Source: Spirochaetia bacterium
Lineage (GTDB): Bacteria; Spirochaetota; Spirochaetia; DSM-16054; Sediminispirochaetaceae
Reading direction: 5' to 3'
DNA length: 64,000 nucleotides
Assembly: GCA_034520965.1 (NCBI GenBank)
Contig: JAXHMY010000009.1
Coordinates: 160,001-224,000, forward strand
Shown here: piece after piece, positions 39,897-51,135 of the stretch
Numbering within the stretch: the first letter of the stretch is position 1
How the letters are laid out: the number at the start of each line of letters is the position of its first letter
Notes under the pieces: generated by a model
Told to the model about the DNA's origin: nothing
Databases searched by the model: none
What the model saw: only the letters and a program-made list of their open reading frames with translations
Translations under genes and position numbers: made by a program

Positions 39897-41537
39897 TTAG
39901 TATCCGTCCGAAATGGCACGGTTTTTGTCCTTTTTGTACAGTTCGTTGTAGACGAAACCGCGGTTTTTGAGGCTGTCCTTTAGTTCCTGTGGGAAGGGCA
40001 TATAGCGCCAGAAAATACCCCGTACCTCGCGGTTCAGCTTCTGGGTGCCCTCGCTCTCCTTATTAATCCATAGCAGATAGTCCTGAATAAAATACTCTTT
40101 TACATCGCCCCGCAGCTTTTGGCTTTCGAACCACATATAGTAGTTGCCTGTCAGCCCCTCTTCCATCCAGTAATGCTGAGCTTTCTCCTTTGCCACCTGC
40201 CATCGCAGGTCGGCCATCGCAATGATTATTGCCGAGCGCAGGTCCTTGGGATACATTGGAATGGCCACACGGCCGCGGCTGGTAGCACGATTATACTTTT
40301 CAAATGGTTCCCAGCAAATCCCCCGTTCGCCGTAACAGGGAATAAGAATAATATGGGGAACTATTCGATTGACCTGCTGCTTGAAACTACGCTGAAAGAG
40401 CCCGGGATCTATACGCTCAATATCCGCCAACTGTTTGATGATGTTTTCCCGGGTACCCAATTCAAAGTCGAGGGCACGGAAGTACTGCTTCATTAGAAAG
40501 GGGATGTGATTTCCCTGTCTGCCGACACTCATTTTTACCATCTGACGGACGGAGTTAAACTCCTGCTCGATTGCCTTTGCATCGACCTGCTGAATGCTTT
40601 CTCCCAGATCATCAGCCTTGTTCTCGAGTTTCTCCAGTGTTTGGTCGGCCTCTTCTAGTTGGCGAAAGAGATATCCAAGCTCCTTGTCGATAGTAGAAAT
40701 CCGCCTTACCATCTGGTTTATCTCAGACAGGGCGCTGCGCTGTTCCGGGGTGTAGGGCGATTTAAGCCCGTAATACTCATCCATCGGTTGGTGTGAGGCA
40801 AGGCCGGCGGCTTTTGACTTGAGAAGCTCTTCGGCCGATTCGAGTTCGGTCATCTTGGATTTTATCTGTCCAATTTGAACGTCCCGGTTTCCCCGTGCCT
40901 TTTCTGCCTGCATTTGGATCCGGCCGCCGCGGTCCTTTTGAGATACCCGCACTTCATCCTGCATCGACTGACCGATTTGCCCCATGGCGACTTTGTACAG
41001 CCACTCATCTATATAATGGATAGGTTCGCCGGTATAGTTCTCGTCGATAATCCGGGCCAGCATATCACGCTGTTCTTTTGAGACTGCTGTGGGTAAGAGA
41101 TATCCGTAGCGCAGCATATAACGCTTTGGTGCAGGCAGTTTTGTGTGAATTTTCGAGGCAATTGATGCAGCCAGGTTCCAATACGCTGAGATTAGCTTAT
41201 TACGGTACAGGGATCGCTCTTTCGGGTCCTGTACATTCAGAAACTTTGCCAGTAGTGAGTGAACCCGTTGAGCCGGTTCACCCTCGCCGGATAAGGCCTG
41301 CTTATAATAATCGGTGGATGAGAACAGGGGATTCGGGGTGTCTTTAAAGAACTTTTCAATTTTAGGGAAGCTGCTTTTATTTAGATCTATTTCCTGTGCC
41401 GACGGCGGGAGTTTATCAGCTTTTGCTTCACCGAATAGATCGGTAAAATCAGGAGTTTCCTCGTTGTCTTCCTCGTCGATTCCCATCAACTCGGCGACTT
41501 CAGGATCAATATCTCCCGAAAAAGATTGGTCACTCAA
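39897..41537 (-). CDS. Conserved hypothetical protein with central coiled coil (spirochaete-type)
   Basis: 546-aa ORF with acidic N-terminus and CWEPFE...SRGRVAIPMY, WMEEGLTG motifs. Confidence 0.8.
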   Translation of the reverse strand: MSDQSFSGDIDPEVAELMGIDEEDNEETPDFTDLFGEAKADKLPPSAQEIDLNKSSFPKIEKFFKDTPNPLFSSTDYYKQALSGEGEPAQRVHSLLAKFLNVQDPKERSLYRNKLISAYWNLAASIASKIHTKLPAPKRYMLRYGYLLPTAVSKEQRDMLARIIDENYTGEPIHYIDEWLYKVAMGQIGQSMQDEVRVSQKDRGGRIQMQAEKARGNRDVQIGQIKSKMTELESAEELLKSKAAGLASHQPMDEYYGLKSPYTPEQRSALSEINQMVRRISTIDKELGYLFRQLEEADQTLEKLENKADDLGESIQQVDAKAIEQEFNSVRQMVKMSVGRQGNHIPFLMKQYFRALDFELGTRENIIKQLADIERIDPGLFQRSFKQQVNRIVPHIILIPCYGERGICWEPFEKYNRATSRGRVAIPMYPKDLRSAIIIAMADLRWQVAKEKAQHYWMEEGLTGNYYMWFESQKLRGDVKEYFIQDYLLWINKESEGTQKLNREVRGIFWRYMPFPQELKDSLKNRGFVYNELYKKDKNRAISDGY

Positions 41538-41574
41538 AACTTTTCCCTATCAAGAAAATAGCCGTATCCTGCTA

Positions 41575-41614
41575 TTTCGTCGTTTCGGTTGCCGCTGCGC
41601 GGCATGCAAAACTA
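41575..41614. repeat. 40-bp palindromic intergenic repeat, copy 1
   Basis: 34/40 identical to 62081-62120. Confidence 0.8.
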
Positions 41615-41630
41615 TAAAAAAAAAAGGTAG

Positions 41631-41704
41631 TGGAGGTGGTGGGAATCGAACCCATGACCTCGTGAATGCCATTCACGCGCTCTAGCCAACTGAGCTACAC
41701 CCCC
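41631..41704 (-). tRNA. tRNA-Ala(GGC), CCA not encoded
   Basis: GGGGGTGTAGCTCAGTTGGCTAGAGCGCGTGAATGGCATTCACGAGGTCATGGGTTCGATTCCCACCACCTCCA; G3-U70 pair and GGC anticodon. Confidence 0.96.
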
Positions 41705-41779
41705 ACGACATTGTGTAAAAAATATACCTATTACCTCCCGATCTGTCAATAGTGCGGGGTAAAAAGCAGATAGGTGCCA

Positions 41780-43977
41780 TTATTCAATATCATCCAGCTG
41801 GTCAGTTGTTTGCTCCTCGCTTGTTTCCGTCTTAAACTGTTCTACCTCTTTAGAAATTGCATTTACCTTTTCAGTAATATCCTGGATGATATTTTCGACA
41901 TAGGTCATTGATTCGGCAATTTCATTGGTTCCGCTCGAGATCTCAAGTATTCCACTTTTCACTGTGGCGGAGATCTGGGTAACCCTTCTCAGTTACATTA
42001 TGTACTGACATCTACCGATTCGAGCATCTCCTCCGAGCCGTTTTTCACTTCAGATGCAATACGATTTAGGTCGGTGATTGCTTCAAGAATTTGTTGGCTT
42101 CCCTGTGAGAGTTCCTGGGTGTTGGAGTTGATTTCATTAAAGGCATCCACTGTTTCATGAGTTTCGCGTCTGATCACGTCGAAAGTTTCAAGATTTGTGT
42201 GTGAGGCTTTGGATGCAGTTTCGAGGGACTGCAGGATTTCCTTGATGGTTGTACTGATCTCTTTCGAATTATTCTGTGATGCCTCGGCCAGTTTTCGAAT
42301 TTCATCTGCCACTACCGCAAAGCCTTTACCGGATTCACCAGCGTGGGCGGCCTCGATAGCAGCGTTCATGGAAAGCAGATTGGTTTGGCCGGCGACGTTC
42401 GTGATAACTTCCGAGATTTCGGTTATACGGCCGGCCTGCTGTACTACCTCTTCGATGGCTCGGCTTGATTCTTCAACCGTTTGGCTCCCCTCTTCAATGG
42501 TCTTTGAAAGGGATTGGGATGCACTTTGTTTGTTCTCTATGGTTTGAGCTACACTCTGCAGGCTGGCCATCATCTCTTCAATGGAGGCTGTTGACTGGGT
42601 AATAGCAGAACTCTGAGATTCGACATTATTTTTTAGGTTTTCAACGGTCCGGCGTAACTCCTCGATTGCAGAAGATTCATCTTGAACTTCATTATCAAGT
42701 CGTTCTATCTCTTTATTGATATTTTGAACATTTGAGCTAATTTGAGTTGAGGCGGAGGCTGTTTCTTCGGCATTCGCCGCTAAATCGCTCTGACGTTGAT
42801 TGATAGACTGCATATCGGCTTTGACTGTCAGACATAATTTCCCTGAGTCGGTCGACGAAACTGTTAAAAGAGGCAGGAGAATTCCGATTTCATCCTTAGT
42901 TTTTACATCCATTCGTACTGTCAGATCGCGGGCACCTTGTGAAATCTCCTGTAAATTTTTGGTGGTAAGGGTAATCGATCGTACGATAGTTCGACTTATT
43001 ATGAGGTAGGCTAACAGAAGTACACCTAGTATAATTAAAGTACTGGTTATGGTTGTTCGCAGAACCGGTCCGATCACCTGTTTTTGAAGTTCGCTTTTCG
43101 GGTAAGCAACACTGACTATCCATGGTGTGAGGGAAACCCGTTTATATCCGATTATGCTGTTTTTGAAAGGGTTGTCCGCGGAAGAGCGGACGCTGGTGAT
43201 ACCACTGGACTGTTCGTTCAAAGTGTTGAGCAGCTCTTCTGTCTGCTGCACTTCAGAGTTTTCCAAGAGTTCGGAGAAACTAATCGACAGGGGTTCTTGG
43301 TCTTGTCCGAAAATGAGCGATCCACTCTTATTGTCGACCAGATAGATTCCTCCGACACTGGATTCGGTTTCTTCCTGCAGATAGCTTAGGAGGTTGTCCA
43401 GGGTCATATCTATTGCGGAGACACCGATAAGTTCTCCATTTTCCCGCACCGGCAAGGAAGTGCTTAGAACAATATTGCCTTCATCGGAGGCCTGATCAAT
43501 ATAGGGTTCGGTTATCGAAAACTCACCACTTTCCTTTGCAGCGGTGTACCAGGGGCGTTCGCGGCCGTCATAACCCGGAGGCAGATCAATCCAAATATTG
43601 GCTAATGCATTCAAACTCTGGGGTGCGCCCATATACATAAGGCCGACTTTCTCATCGTCGGCAAAGGCTTTCGCTACTTTAAGGTAGGGTTCATATTCCG
43701 GCATTTCTTCATAGTCGGCCTTTACATTCGAATCCGGCATTTTTTTCATCATATCAACCACAAAGGGGATTCGGGAAAAGTCTTCCAGTATCTGTTTTTG
43801 ACGCTGCATAATGCTGGACAAGTTCAAGGCGAGCTTCTCGGTGTATAGAAGGGTTTGCTGTTCCTTCTCCGCTTGCAGCAAATTTCGTTGGTTTATAAAT
43901 GATAAATAGCCTGCCCCAATTAGTAACACTAGAGGGAGCAAAATAAGTATCAAAAAAAGTTTTCTGTTTAATTTCAT
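41780..43977 (-). pseudogene. Methyl-accepting chemotaxis protein (dCache-HAMP-MA) with indels, probably assembly errors
   Basis: [15 protein letters not shown] and [34 protein letters not shown]. Compensated shift at about 42830-42878; extra bases near 41985-42010 split off the C-terminus. Confidence 0.88.
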
Positions 43978-44104
43978 TGTTTACTCCAATATATGTTATA
44001 TTATGCGACTAAGACTTAATTATTGCAAGTATAGTATTGTACTTTTGCACTTTTCCTGCATTCTTTACTGCATAAAGTGGATGGGTACAAAAGGCCCGGG
44101 GTAT

Positions 44105-44141
44105 AAAAAAAGGGGCTGTCGATTTTTCAGACGGCCCCTTT
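44105..44141 (-). terminator. Rho-independent terminator after the peroxiredoxin gene
   Basis: A7-GGGGCTGTC...GACGGCCCC-TTT. Confidence 0.8.
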
Positions 44142-44163
44142 GCTTCGGTTTCTATATGTGATT

Positions 44164-44805
44164 CTATAATTCTTTGTGGCAGAACCACCAGTCGTAGCCT
44201 TCGTACTCCTTGAGCCGCTTTTCAGCGTCCTGTTCGGTAGAAGCCGGCGGTATAATCACACGGTCGCCGATCAGCTCGTTATTAGGCCAGTTAGCCGGAG
44301 TTGCCACTCCATTCTTATCTGATACCTGCAGGGCTTTCAGCGACCTGAGAACCTCGTCCATGTTGCGGCCGATTTCCTGGGGGTAGTACAGAACCAACCG
44401 GATAAATCCCTTTGGATCTATCAGGAATACCGCACGCACGGTATTGGTGCCCTTGCCCGGATGAACCATACCAAGGGTTTGAGCAATTTTTCCCATCTCG
44501 TCGGCGATAATGGGAAAGGGGATCTTGACATCCAGGTTATCGTTGATCCACTCGGTCCATTTGATGTGGCTGTGAACCTGGTCAATTGAAAGTCCCAGCA
44601 ACTCGGCATTTGCCTTCTTAAACTCTTCCGCCTTTTTGGCAAACGATACGAACTCTGTGGTACACACCGGAGTAAAGTCGCCGGGGTGTGAGAAAAGTAC
44701 TATCCACTTGCCTTTGTAATCCTGGGGCAGCTGTTTCATACCGTGGGTGGTCTTTACTTCCATTTCAGGGAATTTGTCTCCTAGTAGAGGCATACTCTGT
44801 TCCAT
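44164..44805 (-). CDS. Peroxiredoxin (Prx6 class, with C-terminal WWFC)
   Basis: [29 protein letters not shown] and DWWFC. Confidence 0.95.
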   Translation of the reverse strand: MEQSMPLLGDKFPEMEVKTTHGMKQLPQDYKGKWIVLFSHPGDFTPVCTTEFVSFAKKAEEFKKANAELLGLSIDQVHSHIKWTEWINDNLDVKIPFPIIADEMGKIAQTLGMVHPGKGTNTVRAVFLIDPKGFIRLVLYYPQEIGRNMDEVLRSLKALQVSDKNGVATPANWPNNELIGDRVIIPPASTEQDAEKRLKEYEGYDWWFCHKEL

Positions 44806-44839
44806 GTTTTTCTCCTTTTCTATTCTTGAGTATTTATAT

Positions 44840-44858
44840 AATAATCGTAACGATTATT
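44840..44858. promoter_or_regulatory. Fur/PerR-type operator upstream of peroxiredoxin
   Basis: Perfect 9-1-9 palindrome AATAATCGT-A-ACGATTATT. Confidence 0.8.
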
Positions 44859-44911
44859 AATAGTGACTAAAAAAAATATATCTGTTTTCCTCTCCATTTT
44901 ACGCTCCCAGC

Positions 44912-45325
44912 CTACGAGGCTGCTTCTGTTGTGCCTTTGCGTCTGCACTCTTCGCATATCCCGAAAAAGTCGATTTTGTGTTCCTGTACAAGGTGGCCTG
45001 AAACCTCTTCGGCCATTGCTTCCAGATCTTCCTTTGGTTCGAGAGGCAAGTCGAAGATTCTTTTGCACTCCCCGCATATAAAGTGGTAGTGTTCGTACAC
45101 ATCGGCATCGTAGCGGTCAAAGGTGCTGCCGTACTGCAGCCGGTTCACTTTGCCCTGCTCCACAAGTATACTCAGATTACGATACACCGTTCCCAGGCTC
45201 AAGTTGGGAAACTCATCCCTTATGCCGTCAAAGACCATTTGGGCTGTCGGATGGGAGTCTGTTTTCCTCAAAAAGTCTAGTATATATTCGCGTTGTTTGC
45301 TCTTTCTGTATACCGGTTCAGCCAT
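44912..45325 (-). CDS. perR: Fur-family regulator, PerR-like
   Basis: SHPTA, SLGTVYRNL, HYHFICGEC and GICEEC; adjacent to the peroxiredoxin. Confidence 0.85.
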   Translation of the reverse strand: MAEPVYRKSKQREYILDFLRKTDSHPTAQMVFDGIRDEFPNLSLGTVYRNLSILVEQGKVNRLQYGSTFDRYDADVYEHYHFICGECKRIFDLPLEPKEDLEAMAEEVSGHLVQEHKIDFFGICEECRRKGTTEAAS

Positions 45326-45335
45326 CTCTTATCCT

Positions 45336-45350
45336 TAATCGTAACGATTA
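45336..45350. promoter_or_regulatory. Second PerR-type operator (autoregulation)
   Basis: TAATCGTAACGATTA, identical to the core at 44842-44856. Confidence 0.8.
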
Positions 45351-45384
45351 CTAATATAGTAAAAAGCCTGCCTATTGTCAAGCA

Positions 45385-45855
45385 TCAATCCCCGGCCTCC
45401 GGAGGTCTTGGAGGAGCATCTCCTTCAGCCACAAAAACCAAGGCCCCAGAGTTGATGCAGAAGCGAAGTCCCGTAGGTCGGGGACCGTCGGTGAACACAT
45501 GCCCCAAATGAGAGCCTGAGCTGCTGTCCAAGACCTCTATTCGGGACATCCCGTGGCTCTTATCCTCTACCAGCACCACTGCCTCCGGGGAAACCGGCTC
45601 ATAAAAACTTGGCCAGCCTGAGCCGGAATCGAATTTTGCATCGGAACTAAACAGGGCTTGTGCCGAGGCGGCGGAGTAGTACACTCCTTTACTGTGGTTC
45701 GTGTAGTATTCTCCTGAAAAGGCCCTCTCGGTAGCCTTGCCTCGAAGCACCCCGTATTGTTTGGGGGGCAGTACTTTTCGCCATTGCCTCTCGGTAAGTT
45801 GCAGCGGAAATTCGGGCAGCGTATCTGGGGTATATAGTGTGTAATTGTCTAACAT
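45385..45855 (-). CDS. msrB: Peptide methionine (R)-sulfoxide reductase
   Basis: ATERAF, KFDSGSGWPSF, HLGHVF and RFCINS. Confidence 0.95.
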   Translation of the reverse strand: MLDNYTLYTPDTLPEFPLQLTERQWRKVLPPKQYGVLRGKATERAFSGEYYTNHSKGVYYSAASAQALFSSDAKFDSGSGWPSFYEPVSPEAVVLVEDKSHGMSRIEVLDSSSGSHLGHVFTDGPRPTGLRFCINSGALVFVAEGDAPPRPPEAGD

Positions 45856-45969
45856 ATCAAATCACTCCTTTATCGCGTAGCAGTAGGTGCCGCGTTGTAG
45901 TACTTTTCGCCTTGCGGTAGTATAAAAAGTACTAAAAAAATCCAGTAAAGTTAACAAAAACAGTCAAGT

Positions 45970-48900
45970 TTAAGTTGTCTGCGAAACCTGTTTTTTTGCA
46001 ATTCTGCGTTCTCTCCGTTGCAGGCGGTGCTGTTTTACATCGTCGAAGATTCCGTACAGACAGGGGATAAACAGCAGTGCCGTGATGGTAGAGAAGATCA
46101 AGCCGAAGATAATGGTACTGGCCATAGGGCCCCAGACTACCGAGCGCCCGCCGATTCCAATAGCAGTCGGTAACAGTCCTGCGATTGTTGTCAGGGATGT
46201 GAGGATAATCGGCCTGAAACGGGTAGCTGAGGCTTTGAGTACCGCATCGAAGGTGCTGTAGTTTTCCTCCCGCAGGCTATTGATAAAGCTGATCAGCACA
46301 ATCGAGTCGTTGACGGCAATACCGGCCAGAGCTACGGCGGCATACAGAACGGTGGTCGAAAAGGGTGTTCCCGAGAGGACCAGATAGAGGATAACCCCGG
46401 CAAAGGCAAAGGGAACTGAAAAGAGAATCAGGAAGGGTTGAAAATACGACCTGAATTGAGTGCCTAAAATGATATAAATGAGAAAGACCCCAATCAAAAA
46501 GATTCTTAAAATCTGAATCAGCAGGTTGTTGAATTCGGCAAATTCGCCGCCTACTATAAAATCTACCCGTGGATTTGCCTGGGAAAAACTCTGAGTGTAA
46601 AACTGTTTCAGGTCGGAATTTATCTGCCGGACCCGTTCCTCGTTATACGCCTCGGCGGAAATAGTGATTTCTCGCTTTCCGTCGATGCGCTTTATTGAAG
46701 CAAAGCCCGAACTCTCTTCGATTTCGCACACCGAATTAAAGGGGATCAGGTTTCCGCTGGGCGAGGGAATTTTAAGCTGCTGGAGCTGATAGACCGAATC
46801 TATTGTGCCGGCACTGTATTTTACCAGCACATCTATCTCTTCGTTTTCTTTGAAGATGGTAGTGGCGGTTACCCCCTCGATGGAGCTGCGGATATAGCGT
46901 CCCACCGTTGCGGTGCTGAGCCCGTAGCGAGCCGCCTGGGCCGGATTCACCCGTATTCTAAGCTCCGGAGTTCCGGCCTCCATATTATCTCTGATGTTAT
47001 ACAGTTCCGGATATTCACTCAATTTTTGCTGAACCGCCTGGGAGATATCTATAAGCCGGTCGTAGTTGTCGCCCTGCAGCCTGAAGGACACCGGCGGATC
47101 GGTGGGCGGCCCAGTAGCGGCCTTCCGGTACCTGACCTTCTCCGGACCCGGGATATCGGCACACAGCTGTTCTACCTCCTGAATAATGGCGGTAATAGAG
47201 CGGCTGCGGCCGCGGTCCCGCTCCTTTAGGTCGACAATAATTTCGGCTATGTTGCTTTTGCCGGTGTTACCGGTGCCCCCTCGGCGAAACCGATGGTGCT
47301 ATTGACGGCCACTACCTCTCCCTCGCCTATCAGGGGTAATAGGCGATCTTCAAACCGGGAGACTACCTGGTCGGTTTTCTCCCGCGGGGTACCGGCGGGC
47401 ATTTCGATGTCGGCATAGAAGAGGGAATAGTCTTCAGAGCTGAACAGATCCGGCTGGACCGTACCAGTAAGTCCGAGCAGGGTTATCATTATTACTACCA
47501 TTACAATAATAGTGCGTTTACGGCGTAAGAATAGAGCGTGAAGAAGCGCTTCGTATCGACTGCGGAGGGCTTCGAAGATGCGCTTGGATTTTGTTTTTGT
47601 CTTTCCCGCCCATTCGGCAAAATGAACCGGGAGAAATACAAGGGCTTCAAAGGTTGATGCGAGCAAAGCTACAGAAACCGTGATAGGGATAACCCTCAAA
47701 AATTTGCCGATGGTTCCCGGAAGAATCATCAGGGGTAAAAAGGCGGCAACAGTGGTTGCAGTGGCGGCGATCACCGGCCAGGCTACCTGATTGGCTCCTT
47801 CAATTGCAGCATCGATTCGCGAGAGGCCATCCTGCTGCAGCCGGTAGCTGTTCTCGATTATTACAATCGCGTGGTCGACTACCAGGCCAAGTACCAGGAC
47901 AAGTCCGAACAGGGTATTGGTGTTAAAGCTCTCACCCATATATTCGAGCAGCAGGAAAGTAATGGCAAAAGTAACCGGGATGCCGATTGCAGTAATGATG
48001 GCATTTCTGAAGCCGATGAACAGGAAGAGAATGAAAACCAACAACAGGAAGCCGAAAAGAAAATTGTTCAGCAAGGTGTTGATGCTGTCCTGGATTTGAA
48101 CAGTTGAATCGTTGAACACGGAAATGCTCATCCCGGCGGGAAGGGTGCTCTGAAACTCCTCCACTACTTCCTTTACCCCGCCGGTAACGGTGAGGCTGTC
48201 GCCGCCGGATACTTTGGAAATTTTGAAATTTATCGATTGGACCCCGTTAAAGCGGGCTCGGGTCCCTTCCTGCTCGTAGATTTCCCGTACGGTGGCCACA
48301 TCACCAACTTTCACCGTTCCGGGACCACTGGTGCGGACTATTAGCTGCTCAAATTCCCGGGCTTCCTGCAGCTTTCCAACGGTTCTCAGAATATAATTAC
48401 GGTGTGCTGTTTTAAGGGTGCCCCCGGGTACGGTGGTATTGCTGCGGCCAACGGAATCTATTACCGCATCCAGGGATATGCCGAGGGCCTCTAATTTTTG
48501 TGCATCCGTCTGGATAAGAATTTGCCGGTCCCGGCTTCCCACCACTTCAATGTTGGAGACGTCGGAGACATTTTCTATGCGCTCTTTGAGCTCTACCGCC
48601 TTCATGTTCAGGGTATCGTAATCGACATCTCCGCTCAGGATTACTTCGATGACCGGCAGAAAATCTGCGGCTGAAAAATCATCGATCTCCTCCTGCCGTG
48701 TACCCTCCGGCAGACTGATCTTCCCGAAGCGGGTTTGAACATCCTGAAACAGCTTATCGAACTCTCTGCTGGAGATTCCGTCGTCAAACTCGATACGTAC
48801 TAATGAGAGCCCCTCACTGGTAACCGACTGAATCCTTTTCAGTTTTTCAATATCCTTATACTGGTTTTCTATCGGAATAGTGACAGTTTCCTCTACGTCT

Positions 48901-49070
48901 TCGGCTGAAACACCCGGATAGGGAACCACAATATTTGCCCAGTAAAAGGGGACCTCTGAAAACTGCTCCTTCGGCAGTCGAGCTACACTGAACACTCCCA
49001 ATACCAGCAGAGTAACCATCAGAATATTGATCAATACCGGGTTGCGAACAGAAAACGAACCTATACTCAT
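45970..49070 (-). pseudogene. AcrB-type RND permease, frameshifted in a G5 run at about 47276-47280 (probably an assembly error)
   Basis: VVDHAIVIIEN and RFRPIILTSLTT. One added G joins the two ORFs via GGTGNTGKSNIAEIIVDLKE. Confidence 0.9.
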
Positions 49071-50185
49071 TGCCAGCTCCCGCTTTCTCCGACTATAGTG
49101 GCCGCCACCGGATCTCCATCACTCAGGCTGGTAATACCCGATATTATCAACTGATCCCCGGCTTGCAGGCCCTGCAGAACTTCTATTCGATTTCCCACCC
49201 GACGGCCCAGGCTGATGGGCTGCACTTTCGCAGAGCCCTGATCGTCGATAAAAACCACCTCCTGCTCATTGCGACGGGCTAAGGCGGCGGAGGGGATAAT
49301 AAGAACCTCTCTGTCCCCGGCCGGTGTGATCGTGGCTTCGGCGGACATACCCGATTTTACGGCTGTACCGCACTTGTTCTCAAACTCCAACACTACTGGA
49401 TAACTGCCGGTTCCTGGATCGCTTCCGGCGGCAATCGCTATGACCTGAGCAGAATAGATCTGCCCCTCACAGGCAGCCGGTATAGTTACCGTGGCGGTAG
49501 AACCCTCCATGACTTGCCCGATTACCCCTTCTCCAACCGAGAGCTGCAGACGGAGCATATCCAGGTTTACTACTTTGGCCACCTGCATCCCCGGGGAGAG
49601 GTAGTTGCCGATAGTGGCGGTGGCCTGTTTTTCAGCGATATAGCCTGAAATAGGAGCGGTGATTGAACAGTCTTCGAAGGCTTTCTGGGTCTGTTTGTAG
49701 CGGGCTTCGGCTCCCCGCAAGGCACTGCGGGCCCGCAACAGTTCGGCCCTCGAAGCACCGCCCTGCTCTACTAACCTCTGTTTGGTTTGATAATCGATGC
49801 GCGCATTTTCCAGCTGCTCACCCGCCTGCTCCATGTTCAAGCGGGCAATCTCTGAATCTACCTGTACCAGAGTCTCGCCTTTTGCAACTTCCCGGCCCAA
49901 CTCGAAACTTACCTGTTCAATGATCCCCTGGGTTTGGCTGACTACCAGGGCTTCGCTGGTACCGGATATCGTTCCGGAGCCGGTGATTTGGGTGATCAGC
50001 GGGCCTTTGCTTACCTCCAGAGCCTCCACTGCTAAGGGCGGTTGAGCTTGTGGGGTGTCGTTGGTTCCAACCTCCGATTCCGGCGGGCCTGAACAGCCGC
50101 TGAATATTATTAGCACTAGGAAAAGTGCAAAAATGAACTCTAATGAACGAATTGAGCGAGGTTGGGGGAAGTGCTTTTTCGGCAT
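49067..50185 (-). CDS. RND periplasmic adaptor (MFP) lipoprotein
   Basis: FSGC lipobox; ITAPISG and GLQAGD; GGAGG RBS before ATG 50185. Confidence 0.92.
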   Translation of the reverse strand: MPKKHFPQPRSIRSLEFIFALFLVLIIFSGCSGPPESEVGTNDTPQAQPPLAVEALEVSKGPLITQITGSGTISGTSEALVVSQTQGIIEQVSFELGREVAKGETLVQVDSEIARLNMEQAGEQLENARIDYQTKQRLVEQGGASRAELLRARSALRGAEARYKQTQKAFEDCSITAPISGYIAEKQATATIGNYLSPGMQVAKVVNLDMLRLQLSVGEGVIGQVMEGSTATVTIPAACEGQIYSAQVIAIAAGSDPGTGSYPVVLEFENKCGTAVKSGMSAEATITPAGDREVLIIPSAALARRNEQEVVFIDDQGSAKVQPISLGRRVGNRIEVLQGLQAGDQLIISGITSLSDGDPVAATIVGESGSWQ

Positions 50186-50307
50186 CGGAGGCCTCCACAT
50201 TTTTCTTAGAATAATAATTGGAAAAATGGGTGAAGGCAAATAAAAAGGCAAAGGACTTATAAAAAGAGGCTCTATTTTATTCCATATGCAGAAAGTGCTG
50301 ATCTTCT

Positions 50308-50357
50308 GGTGGTGGCCAATGGTGACCAGGTGGTGGCCAGTGGTGACCAGGTGGTGA
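50308..50357. repeat. 21-bp tandem repeat (about 2.4 copies)
   Basis: GGTGGTGGCCAATGGTGACCA / GGTGGTGGCCAGTGGTGACCA / GGTGGTGA. Confidence 0.85.
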
Positions 50358-50440
50358 TAAAATAAAATTTTGCGAAATTCAGCTTAAACTAGTATGATGT
50401 AATTTATAGATGTTCATAACGCAGTAAGGAGTGTACAGGT

Positions 50441-51055
50441 ATGTGGGATGATGTCAGGGTCACCGCCGATATGGTAAGTCTTGGAGAATTGCAGCATACC
50501 CAGGCTCCAAAACGGGTTCGTTTGTACGGCAATTCGAAGCGCAGCCGGTCCTACAGTGGTATCTGGGGCTACGGATTTGATCATGGTCGGGACGGGAAGG
50601 GACTGTTTCAAAATGCGTATTTCAATGTGCAGTTGCCGCATTCATATATGGAGGGCAGTTCAATTGAACCGCACGTGCATGTCCGGCTGTTTCCGGGCAG
50701 CGAAGCTGCCGCAGGACAACAGCTGCTGCTGGAGTTTGAATATGTGTGGATAAACGTAAACGAAGCTGCGCCGGCGGATACCACGATTGTTTCTGTAAAC
50801 TACCCTGTAAAAGATAAGGACTTGCAGAGTGGGAACAGCCTGATCTCATTTGGATTTATCGAAAAGAGCAATGCTGCTATCAGTTCAATGCTAAGCTGCC
50901 GCTTTAGCCGAATAAGCATTGAGGAGGGCTGGGAAGACTACTGGCGGCCGGAGGGCTTCAAGAACGACAGTTTCAGGGGCATGATGGTGCTGCTTGAATT
51001 TGATTTTCATATTCAAACAGATTCAGAGGGAAGTAAAGAGCTCTATTCTAAATAG
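50441..51055 (+). CDS. Hypothetical beta-rich protein (204 aa)
   Basis: AAGGAG RBS; WDDVR, QLPHSY.EG..IEPHVH, SSML.CR and DFH..D..GS motifs. Confidence 0.8.
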   Translation: MWDDVRVTADMVSLGELQHTQAPKRVRLYGNSKRSRSYSGIWGYGFDHGRDGKGLFQNAYFNVQLPHSYMEGSSIEPHVHVRLFPGSEAAAGQQLLLEFEYVWINVNEAAPADTTIVSVNYPVKDKDLQSGNSLISFGFIEKSNAAISSMLSCRFSRISIEEGWEDYWRPEGFKNDSFRGMMVLLEFDFHIQTDSEGSKELYSK

Positions 51056-51135
51056 TAAATGCAAACAGGAAATGCTCTGGCGGCGGTCGCAATATCAGGC
51101 GTTTTGCTGTGCTCCAAACTGAAGGAGGTTATTGT

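Noticed and set aside
45970..50185. RND pump lacking TolC as a novelty
   Set aside because: Outer-membrane factors are often encoded elsewhere in the genome.
50308..50357. Possible CRISPR array
   Set aside because: Contiguous tandem units without spacers; no cas genes in the window.
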